Of a stretch of 58,820 nt of DNA, positions 46,330 through 56,925 are shown piece after piece (position 1 is the first letter of the stretch; each line of letters opens with the position of its first letter). The notes under the pieces were generated by a model. That model searched no databases. It was not told where the DNA came from and worked only from the letters and a program-made list of their open reading frames with translations. Location: assembly GCA_002104905.1 (NCBI GenBank), contig MCFE01000555.1, positions 1 to 58,820 of the forward strand, in the 5' to 3' direction. This stretch comes from Basidiobolus meristosporus CBS 931.73. Lineage: Eukaryota; Fungi; Basidiobolomycota. Made by a program: the position numbers and the translations under genes.

Positions 46330-49300
46330 ATGCTGACTAGTCCTAATTTTGACATAAGATATTCAAACTTGTCTCTAGCTAATGGTTTGGTAAATATGTC
46401 TGCAATCATTTCATCTGTAGGACAGTAAACTAAGCTAACTAAGTTATTCTCTATAGCTTCACGTATGAAATGATGTCTAATATCTATGTGCTTGGTTATA
46501 GCATGAAAAGTTGGATTTCTACCTAATTGTATATATCCTTGATTATCTTGAAATAAAGTAATAGGCGTTTTTTTGACATAGACCTAAATCTGTAAACAGC
46601 TTTCTTAACCACATTGCTTCTTTTGTAGCTTCACAGGCTGCCATATACTCTGCCTCTGTGGTGGAAAGTGCTATGGTTGGTTGCTTTCTTGAATTCCATG
46701 AAATTGCTCCTTTACAGTAAAGAAAGGTGTATCCTGTGGTGGATCTTCTGTCTTCTAAATTTCGTCCCCAATCAGCATCAGAGTATCCCACAAGATCCTG
46801 CTCTGAATCCTTATAAGTGTATCTTAAGCAGATATCAGCAGTTCCTTTTAGGTATCTAAAAATCCGCTTAACTGCTGCAATATGATCAGATCCATAGTTC
46901 TGATTATGTTGGCTGACAACTCCCACTGAATATGAGATATCTGGACGTGTTCCAAGCATGATATACATCAGACTGCCAACCATAGATTGATAAGGAAAGT
47001 CAGGGCTTTCAAATGGCACCAAGCTCTCTTGATTTGGTTGAGTTTTGACCAAGTTAAGGTTTGTCTCCATTGGGGTAGCTGCCGGTTTACAGTCATCCAT
47101 TTTGTACTTCTTTAGTATATCTTGAATATACTTGGATTGACTTAGGGTGATAGTCTGGGTACTTCTGTCTATGGAGAACTTAATCCCTAAGTAGTAACTA
47201 AGTTCTCCTAAATCAGACATCTTGAACTCCTTAGATAGGCTGGATTTAGTTTCTTCCAATGTTTCTAGGTTATTGGCGGCTATAATAAGATCATCCACAT
47301 ATAGAGCTAGTAGAACTGCACTTGCTCTGTCTGGCTTATAGTATATACTATAGTCAGCATTACTTCTTTTGAAACTCAAAGATTCCAAATAAGAATCCAT
47401 CTTGCAATTCCAGGCTCTCGGTGATTGTTTGAGACCATATAGTGACTTTTTAAGCTTGCAGACCAAATGGGGGTTATCTTGGTCAACAAACCCATCAGGC
47501 TGGTCCATATACATGTCCTCATCAAGTTCTCCATTCAAAAATGCAGCTTTTACATCCATTTGATGAATAAAAAACTTATATTTGGCTGCAATAGCCAATA
47601 TTAATCTGATGGAATTAAACTTGGCTACCGGTGCAAAGGTCTCAGTATAGTCAAGTCCTTTTGTTTGAGAGTATCCTTTGGCTACAAGTCTTGCTTTGTA
47701 TCTTTCAATTGTACCATCAGCCTTGTATTTTGTCTTGAAGACCCATCTGCATCCAATTGATTATTGGTTGATTGGTAATTTGACTAAGTCCCAAGTTTGA
47801 TTTTCCATCAGGGCCTGATATTCCTCAGTCATTGCAGATCTCCAAAACTTTGTCTGAGGGATATTTAGGGCCTCTTTTACAGTCTGGGGTTCATCAATAT
47901 GGACTGAATAGGCATAGGCTAAGTTTGTACCCTCATTAATATAGTAATTTGGGCTATTTCTTGTCTGATTTGATCTCCGGGCATTTGATACTGGAATGAT
48001 CACTTCTGGGATATTCCTGGGCACTGATTCTGGCTGAACCACAGTTGTAGAGTCCTCTGGAGTGAAAAAATTTTCATTGTTTTGCTCTGATTCAATCCTG
48101 ACAAATGGTGGACTTGAGATCAAATTTTTGTCATCATCTGATGTCATTTTTTGTGAAAATTTTGAATTGTCATCAAACAACACATCCCTGGACTTGATCA
48201 GCTTCTTTGCTTTGGTATTGTAGAGTCTGTATGCATTACTCTCATTGCAGTAGCCCAAGAATATGCATTTTACACTTTTTGGCTCAAATTTTGACTGATT
48301 TCCGGCCAGTTTTTTGGCATATGCTGTACACCCAAATATTCTTAGATGTTCTGCACTTGGTCTGTATTCATACCATGCTTCAAATGGAGTAGAATCACAA
48401 AGTATTCTGTTATAACTCCTATTTTTAAGGTATACAGCAGTGGCAACTGATTCCACCCAAAAATCATAGGATAATTTTTGATCATGGATCATAGATCTTG
48501 CCATATCAATTATTGATCTGCTAGCTTGTTCTGCTACTCCATTTTGCTGTGGGGAGTATGGTACAGTAGTCTCTTGCTTTATCCCATGAATTTTGCAGAA
48601 GTGGATGAAGAGTTTTGAGGTATATTCTCCACCATTGTCAGAGCATATTTTCTTGATTTTTTCACCAGTTTCTCTCTCCACCATGGCTTTAAACTCCCTG
48701 AACTTAGACAGAGCTTCTTCCTTTCTCTCCATGAAGTAGACCCATGTGTATCTTGTATAATCATCAATAAAAGTGATTAAATACTTCATCCCACCTAAGG
48801 ATAAATTTTGCATAGGTCCACACAGATCTGAGTGAATTAGATCTAATTTTTTCTTAGTTTTGATTAACCCAAAGCTCTTGAACAGTTGTCTGGCTTGTTT
48901 CCCATATATGCAGGCTTCACAATGCTCCAAATTAGCTGGGGGATCAATTTTCACTCCAGAAATTAGCTGATCTTTGATCATTTTGTGCAAATAATCAAAA
49001 TTGATGTGCCCAAATCTTCTGTGCCAAAGCATTGGTGTTTCTTCATTTAAGTTACTTATATTGGCTTCCAGATATGACAGAATATAAGTCAACTTGTATA
49101 GATTCTGATCTCTGAAGCCCAAAGCAATATGAGCACCATTTTGATCAGTGATCCTGCATCCAGAATTGTCAAAACTGAAACTGAGTCCTTCTGCTGTGGC
49201 CTTGCTTACAGAGAGTAGGTTCTTGGCTATTTCTGGTACATAGAGTACTTCATTAAAGGTCAGTGTATGGCTTCCTTCACTGCTTCTAAGGTTTACTTGG

Positions 49301-49461
49301 ATAGTTCCTTCTCCCACTGCATCAAGTGTTCTATTGTCACCCATGAAAACCTTCTTAATTAGAATTTCTTGATATTGGGTAAAGAGTTCTTTTTGGTGTG
49401 TAAAGTGTTGAGATGCTCCAGAGTCAATATACCACATCTGAGAATCCTTGTTTGTGGTCAT
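46330..49461 (-). pseudogene. pol: Copia pol (PR, GAG-pre-IN, IN, RT, RNase H) with one in-frame TAA and an RNase H frameshift
   Basis: WYIDSGASQH; WHRRFGH..CEAC; HSDLCG/SDNGGEY/NGVAE; QMDVKAAFLNG; LYVDD; YSDADW. TAA at 47761-47763 lies in frame between the two listed ORFs; frame breaks near 46545. Confidence 0.93.
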
Positions 49462-49463
49462 AT

Positions 49464-51344
49464 TTAGTGCAGATATGAATAGTCTATCTTCAGTTGTTGC
49501 AGCATTTCCATATTCAGGCTTCTTTTGCTGATTATCTTTCTTTTTGAGACACCGGTCTGATGTGTGTCCTTTCCTTTTGCAGTAGTTGCAAAACAGGTTG
49601 CTGTTGCCTTTGTAGGGTCTTGGGTACCCCCTTTGTTGGTTTCATTGCTTATTAAAGCATTTGCTTCTTCCTTCTTATTGGTGCTGTGGTGGTGTATAGG
49701 TCCAAGGGAGAGATACGTCCAACACTTCTCAAGTGTTTTGTGTGTTGGGTGTTCACTGGGTGCAATAACCTCTGGCAAAAGCTTGCTAGGAATACTTGGG
49801 TTCTGTTTCTAATCTAATGTGAAGGGGAATAAAGCCACAAGCTTGTCAAGGGAAAACTATTGAGCTACAATCCCCAACTTAGTTGGTGTCTTAACAAAAG
49901 TATGTGCTGGGTTCAGCGTCCTTTGAGATGACAATGTACTAAAGCTTCCAAAGTCAAAACAACTGTAAACTCCACCAGCAGGGACTTGATAAGAATGCAG
50001 CTGTGGTCAATAGTTACAAAGACAGAAAAGTATCTTTGCCTGTACAAGAACAAACTTGGGAAAGGATCAAATATAATAAAAGATACCTACTCTGAGTATT
50101 CCTCACAAGTAGTGCCTCCAAGGTCAGTTGGCTGTCAGCACGGTTTCCTGGGAGTGTCCTGTGGTCTAGGGTTGGAAGTTCAGGTAGCAGCAGGTAGCAG
50201 TGATCACACTAATCAACAAGTTGGTGTATTGATAAAAGGGATGATGATTTATTGTTGAGGGAGAGCCTCCCTTATATACCTTTCTTACTGGCTAAGTGAT
50301 TACTAATCATGGTGTTCCAGAAGGTTCCGGATATCAATAGAAATCTTAATGACATCAGAATGACCTAAGAATGTTCTAAGTAGGTGCCAGAAGGTTCTAA
50401 GAGGCACAGCACATCCAACCAATCAGGAATCAGTATTCTGAAACCTGTGTAACATAGGGATACCATATATGGTATGGAAATGGTAGGGATGGTGACACGG
50501 GTTGATCATGTGTCACGGGTACTGGCGCGGGTACTTGCCTAATATAGATGCACTTGTAGCTAGTAATCATACATAAAGTGAGGGGTAACTTATGCAATAA
50601 GGTAAGCAGGTGTGATAGTCAACTGGCTTATGGGATAGTACTGATTGGGTAAGACAAATGGGATAAAACTAAAATAAGTGTAGTAGAGATATAGAGAAGT
50701 GGAAAATAAGGGAATGAGCACATCTGTCAGTGGGTGTCACTGTCACCCCACTACAGTGCTTGATTTTCTTAATTCCTCATCTAGGAGCCTTCCATATACA
50801 TAATTTAAGGTCAAATCTTCAGTTCTGGACTCTAGGGCTGATACAAGGCCCTGAAACTTGTCTGTCAGGCTATTCAGGATGGTAACTATCACATCCTCAT
50901 CAGTAGTTGGTACGCCCACAGATTCCATCTCATCTACCAGCAGGATAATTCTGTTAATTAGATTTTTCATTTCTTCTCTTGGCAGCATCTTTGTAGTAAA
51001 GAATTTTTGTCTCAGATACATTTTCTTAGCAGCTGAACATGACTGGTAGGTGTCTTCCAATGCCTTCCAGGCATTCTTTGCCGTTTTGCTCTTGAGCATT
51101 GAACTAGCAATTTGTCTTTAACATTAAGGCAAATGCAGTTAAAGGCACTTTGTTCTTTCTTCTGGTACTTTAAGGCTTCCTCTCCCACGTTTTTAGGAGG
51201 GCATTCTTCTCCCATGACAATATCCCAAAGGCCTCTTTCTTGTAGCAGCATCTTCATTTTCACCTTCCACACTTGGTAGTTGGATCCATCCAACTTTTCG
51301 GCAGAGAGAAAAATTCCAGTAATAGCAGTAGTAGACATTGCAGA
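49464..51344 (-). pseudogene. gag: Copia gag, frameshifted and split by a solo LTR
   Basis: EKLDGSNYQVWKVKMKMLL..GLW; AWKALEDTY..LRQKF; ILNSL..LLDEE; continues after the 49685-50755 insertion. Confidence 0.88.
49685..50755. mobile_element. Solo LTR of a second family (1071 bp), 4-bp TSD
   Basis: TGTGGTGG..CCACTACA flanked by GTGC on both sides; removal restores the gag sequence seen in the older copy near 45070-45100; homologous to 55716-56519. Confidence 0.9.
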
Positions 51345-52191
51345 GAGTGACAGCTTGGGGCTCATAGCCTGTTGTAAGAGTCTTGGAGATATTGGAAGTG
51401 ATTGGGAGGACAAGTAGATTATGTGGTTTTCACTTAATGATTTATTGAATGTAAAAGTAGTATTTATACTTTTACCTGGTCCTGGCATTACAAACACATA
51501 AAATAGGTTAAGGAAGGTCCCAAGAACATGTGTGCAAAGTTTGGGGCTGTTAGGACAACTTTGAGAATTTTCATGTTCTGGGTACCTGGGATTTTGGTGA
51601 AAATATTCTAAGTAAATCCCAACAAGGAATTTGGTCAGTATTCTCTAGGATTTGAAGGTGATGATCTAAGTGACTAAGTTAGGTGATTACTTAGGTGGAA
51701 ATACAAATTTTTACAACAATCTATAGGTGGGATGATGCAATTGGTCAATCTTATAGATGATTATGCAAGATACATATGGGTCTACTTCATGGAACAGAAG
51801 GAAGTAGCCCTGTCTAAGCTCAGGGAGTATAAAGCCATGGCGGAGAGTGCAGCCAGTGAAAAAATCAAGAAAATATGTTCAGACAATGGTGGAGAATATA
51901 CCCCAAAACTCTTAATCTACTTCTGCAAAAATCTTAGGGTAAAGTAAGAGACCACTGTACCATACTCCTCACAGCAAAATAGAGTATCTGAAGGTGCAAA
52001 CAGATCAATAAGGCATTTGGCAAGCTCCATGATCCATGATAAAAAAACATCCTATGATTTTTGGGTGGAACCAGTTCTACAGCTGTATATCCTAGAAATA
52101 AGAATTATAGCAGAATACTTTATGATTCTACTCTATTTGAGGCATGCTCTGAATGCAGACCAAATGCAGAACATCTAAGAATATTTGGGAG

Positions 52192-52538
52192 TGTTGCATT
52201 ATGCTGAGGAGTATTGGACAAAATGTGGAGACTAGAGGATTTACAGGTTACTCACTTATAGATCTATTGATCAAAGCATGGTATTTATACTTTTGATAAA
52301 GTAGAGCAAGCAAATGTGTAGAACTTACTAAATAAAGTCCCAAGAATATGTGTGCAAAGTTTGGGGGCTTTTGGATAACTTTGAGAAAGTTCATAACCTG
52401 GGTATCTGAGAATTTGGGGAAAATATTACAAGTATATCCTGACAAGAAATTTGGTCAGGACAGAATGTTTATCAAAGAATAAGATCTATGAGACTAAGTT
52501 AACATGAGTATTTAGGTGACCACTTAATAATTACAACA
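52192..52538. mobile_element. Solo LTR of a related copia family (347 bp), TSD GGGAG
   Basis: TGTTG..ACAACA, GGGAG on both sides, recognisable similarity to the 350-bp copia LTRs; sits inside the old copia integrase. Confidence 0.88.
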
Positions 52539-53610
52539 GGGAGCACACCTTATGCCTGGACATTACCTAGAAATCAGTCAAAATTAGAGCCCAAAAGTAC
52601 AAATCCCAACAAGGAATTTGGTCAGTATTCTTTAGGATTTGAGGGTAATGATCTAAGTGACTAAGTTGGGCAACTACTTAGGTGGAATTACAAATTTTTA
52701 CAACACTCCCATGCAGCTAAATGTTCATACTGACTAGTCCTAATTTTGACCTAAGATATTCAAACTTGTCTCTAGCTAATGGTTTGGTAAATATGTCTGC
52801 AATCATTTCATCTGTAGGACAGTAAACTAAGCTAACTAAGTTATTCTCTATAGCTTCACATATGAAATAGACTTGTTCCATTGTACCGTGCCAGGGCACG
52901 TGGCGCAATCCACGGTTGTAATGAACAATTGGGCGCAATATTATAGCTACCAGAAGGCAGGATTGTTCTTGGACAATTTTGCACTATGCGGGACAATCTT
53001 GCACACTATGGCACAATCTGACACAATGAGGTTGGCGCGGATGATCACGCCAACTCGTAATGTTTGCATCACGTGCGCAATTGGATACCGCTATAATGGC
53101 AGGTAAAATCCGGTATTAGGATATGTTTCTTTAATGTAAATGGAAATAAATGTGTATCACACTATATACTACACTGATACTTACCATTTTGGTTACCCTC
53201 ACTCCAATTGGACGGTATCTCAGTGGTTAATTGGTCCAAAAGTATCCTGAAGCTGGCAGCCACCAATTGGCTCATTGACTACTGAAAAAGCTACCTGATT
53301 TGCCATCAAATATCCCATTTTGCCCATTGAGCAAGTAAATCCCTGATCCTAGTGATTGGACAAGGTGTCATAGCTAGCACGCAAGCAATTGTGTGGGTGC
53401 AAAACAGATACAATAGCTGCACTGGTATTACAGATGACGTATATATATGCAGGGTGTTTATTTATAGGGGTTCTGTCTCAAATGTGAGACAACCTTGATA
53501 TTACTTATATCAAAAATTTGATGATCACTGATTTGCAATGGCTCAATTTGGATTGCAAAAAAAAGGGTTGTCGGGATCATTACAAATGTGAGCGATTCAA
53601 AGCAATCGCA

Positions 53611-54873
53611 TCATCTTCTCCTGGGTTTTTTTCTCACAGGGATTACTACTGAAGCATTTGGTAGTGACTCACTTTGCACACCTATACTACTTCCTGGCTG
53701 ACTACCATCTTGGCTACTTGTATATTTGTAGTCAGTATTTTGCCTCCTAGTTGATGAGTGCAATGCTGCAGCTTGGCCGCGCTGAATCGCTCCGACTGAA
53801 CCAACTGAACCGGCCTGTAGTGCCACGTGCTGACGCGTTCTTTTACTTGCCAAGGGCTCCGGTGGTTGAGGCACTTCATGTTGGTCATCATCAGTCAGTT
53901 CACCAGAAGTAACTCGCTGATGGTCAGGCAAAACGGCACGCGCAGGCGTGCCTTGACGCATTGAGATGGCCCTTGGCTGAGTTCAATGTGATGCCGCTTG
54001 TTGACGTGACTTGGTCTGCTCCAATGGACTTGTGTCTAAATGAGCAGTTTGGCGAGTTCTTGTAGTTTTGCTCTGAAGCGTGCACATTGACCCGACGCGC
54101 GTTGACTCAATGCGCGTTGACTCAACGCGGGGCGTTCTGGTAAAGGGTGCTGGCGTGTTCTGGACTGACGTGCGCCGGCACGCTGTGGTTTCAAGAGATG
54201 GTAGGGAATCCAGTGAGGCGTGCTGGCGCAATCTGGACGATGTTGCTCGCGGTCTGTATTCTTCCTCCTGAAGCTCACCATCTGATTCCTCAAGGTATTC
54301 ACTTACCCTCTGTCTGATACTTTGGAGCTGTTGCCTGGATGAGTCCTGTGTATATTGCTCTTGGAAGCCACTTTGCTCTACTAATATATCATGTAGTACA
54401 TTAGTCATTTGAGGCAAAAACTCATTCAAAATCTCTTTGGTTCCCAAAGTTGAGGCACAAACAGATGCGTCCAGCCCGTACTGTGCAAATTGCGTGCAAA
54501 ATTGATCCCGCGTGGCTTCTTTGTCAAATCCCCTCACTCTCAGCTCATTCTTGATTTCAGTACTTGTCTTGTTATATATCTTTTTACATACATTGGCTGG
54601 CATCTTGATGTAGAACTCATGCCACAGCTTTCTACTCAAATTCTTCCATCTTTTTTGACTCTCTGAGGTATCTAGTTCTGCTAGATTAATCAGTAGTGCC
54701 CAAATATCTGTATGAAGGCTCATCATAGACACTTGGGCCATACTAAAATCATTTGGCAAGAACTTGAACGGATCCAACATAGACTTCTTTGGTCCGGACC
54801 GCGCTTGTGAGCTGGGGGATGGGTTTTGTCTGGGTTGTACTAAAGATGAGTTGAGGCTTTGTATGGGGACCAT
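53611..54873 (-). pseudogene. Accessory ORF of the DNA transposon (about 420 codons, one in-frame TGA)
   Basis: The listed 296-aa and 116-aa ORFs are in the same frame, separated by TGA at 53983-53985 plus 7 codons. Contains SAP-like TEIKNELRVRGFDKEATRDQF and ends in basic RKKPRRR. Confidence 0.7.
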
Positions 54874-55232
54874 AGCAACGGATTTGGATACTTATACAGC
54901 AGTATATTGGCATTAACCTGGTCTTATATGAAATATATATGAAAACTAATGTGATTGTTGAATTTTCCATATATTATGCATGATGCATCTTGGATTGTGT
55001 TGACACGGATCAGATCACATCAATTGCAGATTTCCTATTTGATTATAGACCTATGATTAAAGCATCAATAAAAGTACCAAGGCATTGTTTGCGGATGATT
55101 TTTGTGACATAATGATGGGATACATGGCAATTGATGGACATTTTACCATAATGTGTTAAAAATCAGATAAATAACGCAGATTGCGCCAAATCAATTCAAA
55201 CCGCCTCCATACAATCATCCATCAATTTTAAT

Positions 55233-56925
55233 ATGACTTACTCATCTGAATGGTCCTTTCTCATCAATCCCATCACTACCACTGGATTTCCTTTTGACAC
55301 ACTGGAGGAGATCTTTACCAAGTACTGTGGACCATCAACCCCAATCTACTCAAGGAGATCCCTTGTTAAGCTTCTCTGCTATTACAAGAACTATTGCCCT
55401 ACAAGGTTTCATCCCACCATCCATGGCAACAAAAGTCCTAGAAGCTTTCATTCCCAGCTGACAGCAATGGAGAACCACCTTGCAGAGGGTATGAATGACT
55501 TAGAGCAAGCTTGGAATACTAGGTTGAGAAGCTCCAATAGACTTCCATATCCTAGAGTGTTCAGCAACAGGTTCCATATCAGGAGTATTTTGGATACCTT
55601 CCCAGTGAGGATTAACAGACCTTCTAGAGGGCAGAAGCACTTTTATTCTGGCAAGTACAAGGCTCACTGTGTGAAGTTTCAAGCACTGTCTGACATTGAG
55701 GATAACATCATCCGGTGTGGTGGTGTAGAGGTACTCCTGGGAGAAGCTACACAACTCAAGGTGTGTGAGGTGTCTGATGGGTGCAATAACCTCTGTGTCT
55801 AAACTGCTGGTGTCTTTGTCAATATGCCACTATGGTAAAAGCTCCTGCTTCTCTAGCTTCCTCGGTGCTCCAAGTGTCTCCAAAGGCCTCTGTGTGTCTT
55901 GTGCACTACCCTGAAAAGCTCCTTGATGGCAGGTCTGAGATGTACTGTTGAAGGCAGGTGCAGTGATCAACTGCTAATCAATAAGGGAGAAGTGTTACTG
56001 ATAGAAGGGATGATTTATTGATGAGGGATTGCTTTCCCTTAAATACTTTTCCTGATTGCCAAGTGATTACTAATGACAAGGTTCTAGAAGATTCTAGGTA
56101 TCAGTGGAATTCTTGATGACATCACTATGAGCTAAAAATATGCCAAGAATGTCCTGGAAGGTTCTAAAAGGCACAGCACTCTCAACCAATCAGGAATCAG
56201 TAGTCTGAAACCTGTGCAACATAGAAATACCATATATGGTATTGAAATGGTAGGGATGGTAACACATACCTAGGTCATATGTCACGGGTACTGACGCGGG
56301 TACTTGCCTTATATAGATACATCTACTGATCACAAAGGTGAATAACATCTGGGATAACTAATGCTAATAACTAATCAGGGTAAACATCATATGGGGATAA
56401 TACTGATAATATGGGCAAAAGAAGAATGGGATAATACTGATAAGATAAAATATGGATAAGTATATCATAATGACTATATGAATAAACTTGTCTGTGGGAG
56501 GTATGTTTACCCTACCACACCGGTTTAGTGGGCCATTTGCTGGAAGTAGGGATGACAAAGCACTCTGGGTAGAGAATCATCCTGAGTTCAGTAGAGGGGA
56601 GAAATGTATGGCAGACTTAGCCTATATAGGAGAGGATTGTCAGAGATTAGGATGTATTACAGCTTACAGGAAGCCAAGGAATGGTGTGCTTAGCAGGAAG
56701 CAGAAGCTCTGCAATGAGATATTTAATCATTTCAGAGTAAGGGTAGAGCACACATTTGGATATCTGAAGAGATTCAGCATATTGGCAGGTAAATACAGAG
56801 GAAAGTCATATATAGGTGAAAACAGCAGAATAGGTAAAATAGTTAAGATACTTATTAATGCACAGTATGTTCATACAAGAAGACATCCACTGAGAGAAAT
56901 GTGTCTGGAGCATTATGAAGAGTAA
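55233..56925 (+). pseudogene. DDE_Tnp_4 (Harbinger/IS5-like) transposase, 294 aa once the solo LTR is removed
   Basis: 55233-55715 joined to 56524-56925 gives an uninterrupted frame: ILDTFPVRINRP..YSGKYKAHCVK..NIIR|FSGPFAGSRDD..MADLAY..RVRVEHTFG.LKRF (D, D, E intact). Confidence 0.93.
55716..56519. mobile_element. Solo LTR of the second family (804 bp), TSD CCGG
   Basis: TGTGGTGG..CTACCACA flanked by CCGG; shares long blocks with 49685-50755. Confidence 0.92.

Larger units (their letters stand above)
45958..51718 (-). mobile_element. Full-length Ty1/copia LTR retrotransposon (inactivated)
   Basis: LTRs 45958-46308 and 51370-51718 (TGTTG..CAACA; about 11 substitutions and 2 indels by manual count); TSD ATCTA on both sides; PBS GGCTATGAGCCCC; PPT GCTGAGTGGGAG; order gag-PR-IN-RT-RH. 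Confidence 0.97.
44690..52590 (+). mobile_element. Old, heavily decayed Ty1/copia copy (plus strand) hosting later insertions
   Basis: Degenerate gag (44740-45110), protease WNIDSGATQH (about 45325), and integrase HSDLCG.. resuming at 51724 after the nested element. Many stops and frameshifts; outer ends unclear. Confidence 0.85.

Noticed and set aside
53177-53185. U1 snRNA 5' end (ATACTTACC)
   Set aside because: No U1 stem-loops or Sm site follow; it is equally the reverse complement of a splice donor and lies within the transposon.
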